Shown one piece after another: positions 29,301-50,197 of a stretch of 64,000 bases of DNA (position 1 is its first letter; every line of letters begins with the position of its first letter). Both the position numbers and the translations under genes were made by a program. The stretch is taken from positions 118,456-182,455 of the forward strand of contig NIVC01002034.1 of assembly GCA_002269645.1 (NCBI GenBank), written 5' to 3'. A model generated the notes under the pieces. That model saw only the letters and a list, made by a program, of their open reading frames with translations. It had not been told where the DNA came from and did no database searches. The DNA is from Macrostomum lignano. Taxonomy: Eukaryota.

Positions 29301-32300
29301 TTTTAATTTAATTATTTGAAATTATTAAGTCTCAAGCGCTTTGAAAAGTTCTTTACCTATATTTTAATCGATGACATATGCTTTGCTTGTTTATTCTCGT
29401 GAAAAAATCTGATATTCGAGTCTAGGGTCAACTCACCATCCGGGTTGGTCATGAGGAAGTAGGCCAGGCGGTGCTGGTACTGCACCCTGTGCATCGGCCG
29501 CACGGTGGCCCGAATCAGCTGCTTGCAGCGAGCCTGGAGCCAGCCTTCGATCTGACTGAGTTCCAGAGCTGGAAGGGGGGATAAGAAGCTACGGGTTTAG
29601 CATTCTATTGAACTCATTCTATAAGTTAATATTTAACTAATTACTAGCGTAACTTTGCTAACTTAACAAGCACAATGCTTTTTTCGGTTTCTTGAACTTA
29701 CTGGAGGGGTCCTCGGCCAGGTCTTTGGCATCATACGGTCCGTCGATGACCACGCTGACCACCAGCTTGTAGAAAACAGCGCAGTCTGAGTTATTCACCA
29801 GCGTGATGGGTCGAACAGCGGAACTTCCCACCACCATTGTGCCATAGTCAATGTACGCTTCGACAGCCGAAATGCCACCCTCGGAACCAGAGCTAATAAT
29901 CCGAGCAGGGAAGCTGGCTTTCTGCATCAGCGCTCCCGTGCGTGAGACACCTTGCACCACCAGGTTCGGCTTTAGGAGCGTCTTTCCGGCAGCTTTCGGG
30001 GAGAAGGTCCACGTCTGAGCCTGTGGGAGGACCACGAGTACCTTGAGTTTAGAATATCTGGTATTTCCAATCGGTAAGAGAGGACTAGCAGAAGTTCAGA
30101 CTGAATGCATACCAGAGACTCATTTGGCTCCAGTCGGCCCGACGATGGACTGACGGAGATCACATCGCTCTGCGTGTGGTGCACGTGCCATTCGAACCTG
30201 CGAATCCAAGTGTGTCAGTTGCCAGTTCATTCAGTGTACAAGTCAAAAGAGTTAATATTTTTCTACGAGTACTCACTGCAGAGGGACGCGACTCGTGTTC
30301 TTAATAGGGTAACAGCGGGACAGGCAGTTGCCCAGGTTAGTAGGCGGGAAGTACAGCTCGCCCTTGTTCTCCATGAAAACAGTCGCCTTGTCCGCTGAGC
30401 CGAGCAGAGGGATTTTCTAGAAATCAAGGTCGGTGCAGAATTTAGTCAGGAAAATATTATTGAATTTTCACAAATTGACCACTCGTTGAAGCTTACAGCC
30501 TCAATGTCTGTCCTCTCGTTAAGGGCGAGGTTGAGGGTTGAGACGAACTGATCCATCCTGTTTGGTACGCACTTGACGCTGAACACCTGATACTCGCCGA
30601 CCCGCACCACTCCGTTAGCGGGCTTGATGGCGAATGGGCTGTGGATGGGATACAAGTGAACGAATAATGATGTGCTGTGCCGCTGAAATTGCTTTACTTC
30701 TGTTAGTAGCAACAGGCGTGTTTTTCAATAATAGCCAGGAAATCACTAAGCGCGGATTGAATTGGACTTTCCTTTTAGCAAGATTCAAAACAGAAATTAA
30801 ACTACGCCTTTTGAAATTAGTACAAAGGATGGTAGGTACGACGAGTACACTGGAACGAAAACTCAGTATGAATTTGGAGCTCATGATTTAGTTCAGGAAG
30901 GTGGAAAATCATTGCAGCCATCACTACGATACAGGCTCTACAGCTACTGAGGTAGCGCAGTAACTTAAAATCAGGCATAATGTAAAATTTACAGCATTTT
31001 TCTCAAAATTTACGATTGAGAAATAAATGAAAATCTATGTTTTTGTATTGGATTCCATGGGTGTTCATATGAAGGAAGAATTTGAACAGAAAAGCCGGCT
31101 AGGCTTGTTGGTTTACGAGCCGTACTTTTCCGTGCCGAGGCAATCGCGCACTTGTCCGAGGCTGTTGAAGTTGTTGAGAATTTAAAATTGAAAATTTTTA
31201 CATTATTTTCTAAATAAATGCAGCAAACATTTTGGCCTCTAAAATACAGAGTTCAAGAGGTATAAACATATAGTGGCAATATAGATAGCGTTACTCAAAA
31301 CTTGCGTTCTAATGTCCTCATTACATTTTGTATCGAATGGAAGTTCACAGATTCTCAGCACACAACTCACGCATTCAGGTCCGTGACGCGGAAGTAAATG
31401 GGCGCGTCGCCACTGTTGAACATGGAAACGCTTCGGAAGAACATCTCATCCACATTCACTGATGGGAACACGAGCTGCTCGCGATCAAACAGGAACCGTG
31501 GTTGGAAAGGTTCCGACTTCGGCTGGAATGTGTGGCCTGCACAAGCGGGTGAGGTCAGAGTGAGAATCCACACAGGTCGACAGATTGGCTCTATTCGTAA
31601 TACTGGCTTGGTTGTACGACCTACTGCAAATTATCGCACGGACTCACCACTGCACTTTAGAGTCAGGCAGAACGGTGGCGCTACAGTCTTTTCGTTTACA
31701 ATCTGGAAGTCTCGCTGGCTTTTAAAGTAGGCGAAACCTTCGAGCTCGCACGCGTAAATTTTGTCCGTCGCCTCTGGTCGGAAGCTGACCGCTATGGTGG
31801 CGGACCCACCAGCAGGCACTTCAACGAAGGTGGGCTGAGCAGTAAAACTTGGCTGTGTAGGCCCCGTAGGCTGCAACCAGTTGAACAGGACGGCGCCCTT
31901 CGTGTTGTTTTTGAGACAGACAGTGCGCACTTCACCGCCGGGCCCTAGCTCGACGCGGCCGAAGTCCAGGTGTGTGGTCTCCAGGGCTACGTGCGGCACG
32001 TTAAAGACGATATCAGCGTGTCCATCCGCAAAGAAAAACTCCTTCCAAGGCGGAAGCTGCTGTGCCGGCTCACAGAGGCCCTCCCACTGCTCGGCCTCCC
32101 GCACCAGCAGGCTGTCATCTTCCCCGACCTCTACCTTCTTAGCCCGGATGAACTCGTCCAGTTGCTGTGGGGTGCAAGATTTTCGGGTGAGTGTACGACA
32201 AGATGTTCGAATTGGTACTTATTTTTAATCTTGAGACAGAAAAAGTACTCGTAGTTATCAAGAAAACCTAATTTTTATTATAAAATTGTCTAAAATGAAC

Positions 32301-35300
32301 TATATATCCCGAAGCAGTGACCCATGCTTCCATTCAGGCTATTTCGTCATATCTCTCAGCATATTGGCATATCAGCATACTTCACTCACTTCTGGGGAAT
32401 AGTAGCCCAGACCGCGCTCGTTGCGCAGTCGAAACAGACGCAGGTGCTGGGCCTGAAGAATCACTGGGCGAAGATGAATGTCATGGCAGGTCCCCAGCAG
32501 GTCAATAAAGATTGGCTCCTGGTCAGGCACAAGCAGAGAAACCCGTCTGTAGTACTGGATCGGCAGAAATGGCCGAAAGGTGACGACAATCTGCACATGG
32601 GACTTGCTGGGCACTACGCCGTTGGGCCGATCGAAGTGGAACACGGAAGTTTCGGGATCCGTATCGAACATGTAGCACACATCCTGATCGCTGTGGTTTT
32701 CTAACTTAAGCGGTTGAGTTGCTGTCTGCCCAGCCATGAGCTGGAAGAAGTTGATGAGGCCGCAAGAGGCTGTGACTCGGGGGCCGAGACTCTCACCAAT
32801 GCACTTGATGACCAGGTTTCCGCACTTGTTGGAAACACGAACGTGGAAATACTCCACCGACGTGGTCCAAGGCAGCTTCGGCGAGAAGCGTAGCTGTTGA
32901 ATTAGCCAGTGGGAAAGTTCAGATAGAGAGCAGCACACTACTTTGATTGAAATTATTTTTACAAGAATAACGTTGTGACCACGGTCTGGGCGCTAAAAAG
33001 CCTCCTCACTTTTTTTCGTTTTATATGGTTCCCTTGCCCTCGGCCGTGGTTTTGGAGACAAGGGATGAGGGCCCTCATTTGAGTGCGCCTTCTCCCGCCT
33101 CTCTGCTATCTCTTTTCCCAACACTCTCCGCTCTCGCAGAGCTTCTCCGTTGCTGTATCCACGCTTTAAATACTCGTACAGTATCACATATGCTGAACGC
33201 TGAGTTACTACCTTGTACTAATATAATTTACATGTATTTCTACTCATAGCAGCATAGTAAATAACCCCTCTATTATTTTCTTTGTTCTCAAACCCTCTTG
33301 GGCAACTTTTGGTGCCCTTTCCCTCGAACCTCGACAGTGCGCCTGCTCATGAGGTGTGGTGGCAGCCACCGTTGTCCCATTCAGCGGCCCGGAGACCAGC
33401 AAAGGCACCTTAGTAGCCAGATAAGTCTGTATAGAACTCTCAGGCCCGAACGCTATCTTAAAATTCCATCCACTAGGGCGGGTGATCTGTGAACAGAGGC
33501 CTGTGGCGGCGCCAACTTCAATCCAGCCCCCTGCAGTCCATCTCCCATTACTCGAGTCCCTGCCTGAACCCTATTCTCCAGGCTACCTGACGGAAAGGGC
33601 GGACACTTTAATAACAATCATTCGCAAACTTTTTCTTACCGCTACGTGTAGAACATTTTTGCCTGGAATCGGTCTTTTCTTGATGGGGCACTCAAACACC
33701 CAGTCGATTGGATGTGTTTTGTCCATGCGACTCACTTCGACTGTGGCACCAACCTGCAAGATGTAAGTTCAGCTTTCTATGCAGATTCCCGTGTCGTCTT
33801 CCCGGCTGAAAGTACTCAGACTAGCGTTAATAAAGTACGAGTACACTTATTTATTTACCTATTCGAACTAGTGTGTCATGGTGGACAGTGTTACATCACG
33901 GGGAAAGCTTTTATCAACATCTTTATCTCGATTCCCAAGCCTAGAAGTCTCAGTGTATATAGTTCGTACTGTCTGTAACTCACAGTGGTCGGGTTTCGCA
34001 GCTCAATCATGCGGTCTTTTGAGTCGCCAAAAGCCACCTTGCCGAAGTCCACAATGAGGTTGCCGTCTGCCGAGGTGACCTCTTCCAAGGCGCAGCCGTT
34101 TATGTAGAACATAACCTGCGGGTACTTGGAGACGCCCTCGAGCCTGAGCTTGGCGGAATGCTGGTATTTGTCTCCATAAAGCAGAATCGAGTCCAGGATG
34201 TACCGCTTAGCATCCTAAATGTAGTTCAGAGTTAAACATTTCATTTTATTGTCAGTTAAAAAACGAATTATAAAATAATTTATTCGCTGCAGACAGAACC
34301 GACGGACAACTGTGAGGTTACTTACATCAGGCACGAATGTGGCTGTCACTTGCTGCTTCTTGAATGGAGCGATAACCCCCTTGCTTGGCTGAATGTCGAA
34401 GGGCGGCTCGAATTTCCAATAAAATGGCGTCTCTAGCTCGCTGAAAGTTAGGGGCGTTATTTCCACACCACGTATCTTTTGTAGTTTATACAATGGGTAA
34501 TTCTAGTAAGTAATTAACTACGTATGTAATTTAGTATGCTAGAAATTTAAGGACCGGTACTTTTATCAAGTAGTCACTTAACTGTGAAAAATTACGCAAA
34601 ATGCTTGCCTCACCTCTCATTAACGACTTCGAAGCAGCTGCTGATCCTGTCGTGAGTGGCCCCGACTCCCAGGTGCAGAGACTCCGGAAGAGATAGCCGA
34701 AACTCGGGCAGTAGGCCGCGCAGCGGCACTTCAAATGTGCCCCCATCCTGTGAGGTAGGGATCCAGAAACAAATCTGATTAGTCCTTGACAGATTCTAGC
34801 ACGAGTTACTATTTGTTTGGACTATTTAAAAACTTTCATCTCAGCGACACACTTTCTCTAAAACATCTGCCAAGCAAAATCTGCATCAATTGCAGGCCCT
34901 TCTTCGCGCAGCAATTCTCATTTTATTCGAAAGCTCACCGTAGTTTGGAACACGAGTGCGTCATCGTAGACTTGGCGTTCCACGGGTTTGAAGGTGACGG
35001 GAATGACAAAGGAAGTACCGGGGCTCAATGTGATTAGCTTGGGGTACAAGGTGGTGAAGGCCTCGCTAGTCGGCGCCTGAAAGTGCAATTTTTGGCCTTG
35101 GAAGATGACATTTTTAAGCGTGACTTTCCGGGTGTAGCTCTTGCCCAGCTCCCAGCCGCGAAAGACAATTTCTTGCTCGACTTCGATGCCGAATATGACC
35201 CGGCGGGCAGTGGTCAACTTCTGCTGGCTGGTCACCTTGCCATTTGAAGCAGCACCGCCCTTGCCCGGGACGCTGGCCAGCGGCTTCAGGACTGCGGCTG

Positions 35301-35304
35301 ACAT
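26369..35304 (-). CDS. CFAP65: Cilia- and flagella-associated protein 65 (CCDC108), multi-exon
   Basis: N-terminus GIEVEQEIVFRGWELGKSYTRKVTLKN...LSPGTSFVIPVTFKP and C-terminus VLENILLNIVSEANQREFDITARPRLIALPP match CFAP65. Intervening exon ORFs with ASH/Ig-like repeats include 32372..32938, 31631..32104, 29658..30035, 28444..29190 and 27610..28413. Exact exon boundaries are not all resolved, and an upstream exon is possible. Confidence 0.85.
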
Positions 35305-38249
35305 ACGTGGGCTTTCTGTAACTGGTAAAGGGAATTGAACACTCAGCATTAGTTAGTTGCAATGTCAAAAAGAGTAACCAATGCTTTTGGCTGTTTTTTA
35401 TTTCAAAATAATAGATAGATCTTGATGGATAATCTAATAGATAACAATAGATCTCATCTATTATTAGGGCCGCACATAAACAAACACTATATATTACACG
35501 CTTGTCAGCAAGGAACTGTGCATTAATTTAGGTATGGAAAAGCTAATAATGGATCAAAAATTCTGCCCCTTAACTTCTGTTTGCTTCCAATTCACTAGTT
35601 TTTTTAAGTTATTTAAAAATACAAGCATATAACTATCAACCATATTGTCAAATAATGCAAATATAATAGGTCAAAATATAGAAAGTGACACGCGTAGACT
35701 TACAAAAGGCGCCATGTTTAAATAGATTTATCAACTTAATGACAGCCTGATAGAAAATCTATTAGTGGAGCTCATTAGAATTTTACAAAGTAACTATTTT
35801 ATAACAATATGTTTCTTAATTAAAAACAGCATAGCAAAAAATACAAAAAAGTTGTTTCATAAAATTTATAGAAAAAAATAAATGAGGCAACATAGCATGT
35901 AGGACTAGTTGCTTTATTTGTTTGGTAACATTTTACAGCAAGTGTAATTTATTCATAATTTTCTGAAAGTACGACATGATTTGATTATAATTTATAAATT
36001 TTTTTGTTACATGGAAAAAAATTCAAGCATTTGTATTCCTTATCGAACTACACAACTCAGAATTATTGTAAGTTTACGGTATTTACCTGAATAACTAAAT
36101 TAGATTCCCTAAAAGTAGAATCCCTCAAAACTTTTTGGTAAATAGTTAAGTCACGACTCCCTTGCCTTTTTTGTTTCTAGCAGAGAAAGCAACTTATTAA
36201 CATTAGAACTAAAATGAAACTATAAATGCTAAATTTTAAACTATAAAAAGCTCTACATACATACCTGAATGAAGTGCAACAGCCATGATGCTCAACTTAA
36301 GCAGTAATCATAGTCAAGCAAAAAATACGATAGTAACGTGCAATCGAATTCGAGCAAATGTCATCTCTATCGAGATTGTAGCTTTTCATACAAAAATATG
36401 TTTTAGAGCAAAAATCAAAAAAAGATTGTTTAAAAACCTACGTTTTTTAGTATTATCGCGAAGAATATTATATTATGGATGGTACATTTCATAGTTTTGT
36501 TTTATTTTCAATTGCGAATATAGAATAAAGTACCGTATGGTCCAACGGATTTTCATTGATTCTAATCAGATTCATTGAATAAAATCGCGTATAGTGACAT
36601 AATCTTAAGATTAATTACTCAATTTCATATTTATTTACTGTTGGTTTCAGAATTATGCGACAATAATATTAAGCATTATTTTGCTTTAGAACTCAAAACA
36701 GAGCTGCGTATACCCTGAGGGACACCGGGGACTCGGAAAATGTTTTACTGCCTTTGTATTTTGCTTCCATCGCTAACATCGGAGATGGATTAATGTCATC
36801 TGTCCCCCCTGATGTGAATCCCGGCTACACGCCTGAAACTCAAAGTATCGCAAACATATACAATGATCCATATCTGCATGTTGTTGTTTATCAAACAGCG
36901 CCATGGTGCGAAGCTTAATTTGACCTACTTGCAAAAATGTAAACTGGCCTTACCACACCATACTTAGAGTCCTGAGTAAGGAACGCAGCAGGCATTTGAA
37001 GTTTAAAAATCGCTGGTACACTATACTGTAAATTTTAGTACTGTATCAATCAAAGAAAAACTATTTTCTTTAATTATCGTTTCTTTAGTTCCTAATCCCG
37101 TATATTTTTAATATCATATCTGATATTTTCAAGTGCGCGGAAGTCCATTTCGTGCGGAAGCATACATGTACATGTAACTGTCCATTAAGCAGCGCTCTAT
37201 TTTTTTCAGCGGCTTGTCAAGATTTCGTCCTCATCCAAAATACATGTACAGACTCAAATTCTAAGTTTGGTTATTATAAAACTTCAAAATTACAATTACG
37301 AATTAAAATTTAATCAAGTGTGTATCAATGTAAATACTGCAATTATATATATTGTAATGTACTTACTTGTGTTTAATTTGCATGCATGCTCTGCACCATA
37401 GATCATGCATGTCTATGGGTTGTGCCAAACACAGTCACCAGGTATTTGTAATAGGCAGGGCGCATGCCAGTGAGGAGTTCCTCGCGCTAATTTTCTTGCT
37501 CACACCGATATAAAAAATATATCGAATATTAAGGAGTCGACTTAAGACTCACTCTTAAGTCCTTGCTTTGTGATCGCAAATAGCATATCTATAGGACAGT
37601 TAAAGCAAACTTGACCCACAGTGCAGAGGCAATTATTTGCCATTTCACCAGACGGGATTAATACTATTTTGTACCAAGATGAGAGACTCCTGTTTTCAGG
37701 AAGTTTGCCCCCAATAATCCACTCCGAGAATCATGGCCTGGGAGTCTCCCAGGTAGACCCGATCCGCAATTAAGGGCCATAGCCGAGCAAGGTGATTCAG
37801 GAGAATCGGCTTGCATGGGCTGTCGGAAGTCGAAGGATCGGGCAGCCGGGCCCAGACCCAGAGAAGCCTTGTGTTTGCATTGAGCCGCCTGACTCAATTC
37901 CAGACACGGGATCCTCATTTGCGCGCTTGTCCGCCCCTGTAAAAGTTTAATGTTAGCAGCGAATGGCCAGTGAGCTGGCGAGCACAGCACGGGGCAAAGC
38001 AGCCAATGGCAGTGAAGCAGTGTGCGACAGCAAGTCTAATGGCTAGAGCTTCTTCGAGCAGGCGTCATTGCAGATGAGATCGGTGCGCTAAGCTTGTTCC
38101 AATTGGCATCTGCCCTCATTTCTGTGATTGGGAAAGGAATAAAAGCCGACCGGGGCGCGCCATCGAAACTTGGAGCCATAGGAGTAAAATTCGGGGCTTG
38201 GCTCGACCTGAGTGCCCCTGTCGCTCTTCTGTCCTGTTTGCGCTGAAAG

Positions 38250-44723
<6,474 letters not shown>

Positions 44724-45796
44724 GAGCGCAGCCCTTCGGTAACTCTTAACGATGCTTTGGTTTCTCGGTACTCGTAGTTGAAGAAACCTGTTTTGAGTTC
44801 GTTCCTACGCTTGTATAGCTGAGCTGCTTTCCCTCCATAGGGCAGCTCAGCATTTACCGCATCTCCCTGTTAATTATTCGCTGATTACACGGGCGCTCGA
44901 TAATTCGATAATAATTAGTTAATTGTAGATCGTAGCTGACTTTCACGCTCGGAGGCGCAGCCAGAAGCGACATTGTTTTGTTTTAATCCAATCAGGTTTC
45001 CGCTGCCAGTGCCGCCGCTCGCAGAAATCGTTTAGACTGAGAGCTCCAGTTTTTTATACTCCAGCTTCATGCTTTTATTCGCGATTCATCGGCTCTTGAC
45101 CTTCTACCAGTAGCTGTTTTTGATGGTACACCGAAAAAATCTTTTTAACTATGGAAAATGCAAGCCGAAGTCGTTGGCTGCCCCAGTTGAAACCCCCAAA
45201 TTCTCTTTTACTGCGTGATTCAATTAAATCAGTTGGCCCCACAACGTCATTTTCGCTGATGGCCCGGACCAATAAAGCTAGCGGTATCGGCCCACGCCAC
45301 TGAGTTACCTCGGTTACCGCAGTTACCTCGCTTTTGTTTTGCTTCTTTTTTCATGCTGAGTCTGGCTATGAGGCTGGGAGCTAAAGCAGAAGCAAAGCAA
45401 CAGCTTTCAGCTCCAGCAGGTAGGATCTCTTCAGCTGAAGCAGAAATACACCACACTGGCATATTAGTGCAAATTTCGCTGAAGGCCGAGTTAAGCTGCA
45501 AGGTGCATCAGCGAGATCGGCATTTTTCATTTCTAGCTCAAAATTCACAATATCTCGGCTTCTGGACTCCCAGCTATAATTGGAGAGCAGCTCGGAATGC
45601 AGCTGTGTTCTATGAACAGATTTTGCAAACACTTGCTTTTGTATTGAACTGATTCTGAGTCTCGCCATCCAAAAATTTGTTCGTGAAAAATCCACCCAGA
45701 GAGGTTGCAGCTCCTGGACAACTGAAATTTCTCCAGAAGTTTGCCTGCTTGCCAGTCTCCGGTAAAATTTCAGGGACAATGGCTGAACTTGTGGCA

Positions 45797-46005
45797 GCAC
45801 CTCTAACTAGCACAGTCTTGTGGGTGCACCTCTAACTAGCACAGTCTTGTGGGTGCACCTCTAACTAGCACAGTCTTGTGGGTGCACCTCTAACTAGCAC
45901 AGTCTTGTGGGTGCACCTCTAACTAGCACAGTCTTGTGGGTGCACCTCTAACTAGCACAGTCTTGTGGGTGCACCTCCCAATAGCACAGTCTTGTGGGTG
46001 CACCA
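45797..46005. repeat. Tandem repeat, 29-bp unit, about 7 copies
   Basis: GCACCTCTAACTAGCACAGTCTTGTGGGT repeated. Confidence 0.9.
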
Positions 46006-47824
46006 CTAAGAAAAGTGAAAGCACAGCATATACCTTTTTATATGGAGTTCGGGCGCTAAGAAAGGGAAAATTCGCCACCTTGAAAGATCGGCTTTTTGAG
46101 TCTCCAAGGAGTCGAAATTGGCCTTGACAACACCGGAATTTGATTAAGATGCTGGTTTGAAATTATTTTATCTGCTCAACCGATCCAAGTCCTTGAGTTC
46201 TTGCGTGCTGGTGGCTCTGTTCAGTAACAAAGATGGCCATGGGGAATCAATCCCAGTGCAGGCTCACCGCTAAAACGAATTCATTAAAGCGATGGCGGAG
46301 CCATTACTGGCGCAAAGAAAGGAAGGCAGATAGTTTCTTTGCCAGGACTAATCGATCGCCAAGAAAAAATAGCTGCTCATTACAACCTCTGTCAAAATAG
46401 AATTTCAAAGTAAAAAAGCCCTTACAGATAAGCGCATGCTTGAAGATCCAAGCTGCATGCCAAACGAAATCAAGCTAAAGAAAGCTTTAAGAGAGGCACA
46501 AGCTGAGCCAGATGCTCACCGTATCAAAGCAGCGGACAATTAATAAAGAAATTGATTGCGAGAAAAATACTGGGGGAGGAGAAAGGCAGCAAGGGCGCTG
46601 GGAAACAGCTCTGGAAGAATGAAGGCTCAGCGAACTCCGAAGACAAAATGACAGAAAATTGCCATCGCCAGTGGGTTAAAAATTTGGGATTCGCCTCACT
46701 TGATTAGAAGGCGGCCGAGGGCGTCCGGCCCGCCCAGCAGCAATTATCAATAATCAAACATCAGTTTGAGAGGCTGCAGCGGCCACTCCAGCGGCCTGGC
46801 CGAACAGGAATGCTAAATTAATTAGCTCCATGTGCGAGTTTTCCGGCCCCACTTCTCCGCGTCCGGCTGGGCGAAAGGCGAGCAGCTCAGCATCCCTGCC
46901 AGCCTCATCATCGTCTTTTGGTGAAGCAGCTGAGGGCAGTCCAGCGACTTATGCGCCCAGCCCACCAGCACAGAAAATCTCGAACTCGCACAGCCCCGGG
47001 AGCGGCACTTGTCTTTAAGTGCCTTCATCTGTTTGCTTCAGCCGCCGCTCTCACCCGCAGCTGGCGAGTGGAGAAAGGGGAGAGTTGGAGAGGAAGGCGG
47101 CAATCTGCGAGCCGCCGCCTTCCATGCTGTGAGGCAATTAGAATTTAATTTCTGCTCAAATATTGACACCAAATTAGTCCCACATCAGCAGCGGCCTCTT
47201 CGCGAAATCAGCGAGCGCAAACAGCTATTTGGTCTTGCAGTCATTTTCCCATCACGATCCAGGGTTCCGGGAGCCGCGTCCCCGGATGCCGAGCTCGTCA
47301 CAATTGCTGCTCGCTCAGTATTGCCCGGCCATTTTCAAGAGATTTTATCGCGCAAATTTTGGCTGCCGAATTCGCTCATAAAATTTGCCAAATGTTTGCT
47401 GAAATCGCTGACCCGGCTGCCCTGTGATTTTGACGCAGAGAAAATTGAAATAATTACTTAGCAAAGCGGAGAAAATTGCCGTAGCAGCGACCTCTGTGTA
47501 ATGCAATTTACTCGCTAGCACGGAACGCGAAAGTTGTGCTACTGAAAAATGCTTTCATAATATAGACTGTAATTTCGGCTTACCGATGCTGCCTTTGCTA
47601 CTGTCAGTAGAAACAATTTAGTTATTGAGAGCACGGTAGGAAATGGTAGTATTCGTTTACGAGAACCTCATGCATAAAAATATATTAGATTCAAAATTAC
47701 TTTATTTATCGAATTTCTAAAACTTATCCTAGTATTCTCCTTTCCAATCGTTTCCTTCAATATTTCCACTTCTGCTATGTGTCTACATATGACTATTCGT
47801 GTACAGACCGTGTATACGAGACAG

Positions 47825-48060
47825 ACAGTGTCAGGTGCAGCAGATGGGATAGGCTGAGGCCATAGACAGTGTCAGGTGCAGCAGATGGGATAGGCTGAAG
47901 CCATAGACAGTGTCAGGTGCAGCAGATGGGATAGGCTGAAGCCATAGACAGTGTCAGGTGCAGCAGATGGGATAGGCTGAGGCCATAGATAGTGTCAGGT
48001 GCAGCAGAATGGGATGGGCTGAGGGCATAGTCAGAGTCAGGTGTGGCAGTAGGCTGGGGC
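47825..48060. repeat. Tandem repeat, 41-bp unit, about 5-6 copies
   Basis: ACAGTGTCAGGTGCAGCAGATGGGATAGGCTGAGGCCATAG repeated, degenerating rightwards. Confidence 0.9.
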
Positions 48061-50197
48061 ATACATGTATATCTGATAGCACAGGTTAATACAGTGAAGT
48101 TATTTATCAACTTTTAGAGTCCTATAGTATCTAACCACAAAATATAGACTAACTAGATATGTCACTCGCAATTAAAGTTGTGGAAAAGTAGAGTGTCTAC
48201 TCTTTTTTAAGTAGTTGTCTGCGCAGTGTCACTTAAATTTTTGTAACTTATATTTATTCCTTTCCTTCCTCGGGGTTGTGACCTCGGGAGCATATGGTGT
48301 CAAGAGTGAACAAAAAGCATTTAACTTGATGTGCACAAGTGATCGCAGACGGACGAAACTCAGCCTAGGGGCCGCACCTAATCTAGCTCAGCCTATGAGA
48401 GAGAGCATCAAAGGAAGAGGACAAAGGACATAAGCAGGCAAGAGGAAAACCTTTTTATTGGCCTGGCTCACTGGCTGGGGCTGGGGCGCCACCCCTTTTC
48501 TCTCTTGCATAGCACTGGATTTGGGTTTTCCAAGTTTTCCCGCAATCTTACTTGAAAGTCGGTAAAGCAGGTAAAAGAAGCTAATTTATTGGGGTTTTGG
48601 GTTTGTGTTTGTGGGTTTTGCTCAGCGAGTGTATGCTTGAAATTGTCTCTTTCATTTACTTCGTAACCCTAACCCTTTCATGTTCATGTTTGTACTTGCT
48701 TGCACATTTATGCATGCTTTTAACCCCAAATATTATTGATTCAATATTTACGTTGCACCGGCCCTGCCATACGCGAATTACCAATAAAAGGTTTACCTAT
48801 GAGCTATCGTTCCGATCACCTCTTTTCGCTTGCAATTATGACTTGACTTGTCAATTAGTTTAGACGTTAGACTAAGGTCTGCTTGTAGAAAACCAAAGGC
48901 GATTTTTGAAGCTGGCAATAAAAGTGAACGCAATCCCAGTTACAAGCTGTCTAATCGTACGAGTATTAGCAAAATTTGATAGATTTTTCATTTGCCGTTA
49001 AAACGCAAAACGCTAATTTTGCTACTGAAGAGAAGTAGATGAGCTCGCATTTTTGCGAGTGCTGAAAATGTGATATCTAGAAGTTCTAGTACAAGTATGT
49101 ACGATCTATCTAGCCAATGCAGCATACACTCATTCATATTGTGTAACAAGCAAATGGAACCAAATATTGCAATAAAAATAGTCTAGTTCAAGAAATTCCT
49201 ACTTTCGACCACAGTCAAAATTTAGGTGAGAATTAAATAATTATACTATACCACCAGAAACCGTTAAGGTGCGAGGCGAAGAGGACAGGAGGGGAGGGAA
49301 ATTTCAACCATAGACTAAATTCTGGTGACTAAGGCTACAGTGAAGGAGACGCTTCGGAAGACGTGTGCTACCACCTGCACCAAGCTGGTGGTCCAACGCA
49401 GTGACATTGCATGCATCACGAGTCACTCCCGCAGTGCTGTCGAACGCCACATAACTATGGATTCTTGTGATCATCTACGCATCTCCAGCACGCTGCACGG
49501 CATCAAGGACATCGTCTCCGCGATGACCACCGTTGGATGCATTGCCGGTTGCTGACGAGCCCGCAGCCGTCATTTTTACGTTGTCGAAAGTCGCCAAGCC
49601 AGAAGAGGCCAACATGCTGAGCGCATCACCGCAGAAGATGACGATCATAGCCAACGGCACTGACATCATCGGGACCATTACGTGGGAGTGACTACTCCTC
49701 GAGTGATTGCACGACTACGTTTCCAGTTTTGTCGTTAGTAAGCAGCTTTTTAGTGGTTACTACCATGTTTTTGCTGTTATACATACGAGGCGTATAATTG
49801 GCTTCGATTTGAGACCAATTAAATCGTTTAACAGTATTCGATTCGAGGCAATTTATATGAAGTCTGACAATAGACTACGCGAAAGTGAGACATCATACGA
49901 AGAAAGGCTAAGTCAATTAAGCCATTAATCGGTTTCAGTAGGCTATTCCTATTGCTACAGTCCAAGCTAAAAAGCTCGCTGAAATTCTAACTAAAAGTTT
50001 TTATTAGTGTATCTTGATAGAACATATATCATCAAATGGAAATCACGGAACGCGAAAACATTCTTTGCTTGCATGTCGATTCGGGTCAGCTCGTATCAAG
50101 CCCCACCGGCTGAACTAAAAATCCCTCATATTGCATGCTCAGATCTGTCAGATGCTGGTTATCAGTGGCTGTCAGATTTGCTGCGCCAAATCCCAGG

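Noticed and set aside
4936-35304. Functional link between the Polinton and the flanking microtubule/cilia genes (TPPP, CFAP65)
   Set aside because: Both lie outside the TSD-defined element and have host-type introns. Proximity alone is not evidence.
49325-49700. GC-rich stretch with short ORFs upstream of the GPCR 3' end
   Set aside because: No recognisable motif in any frame. Possibly a decayed element, but unsupported.
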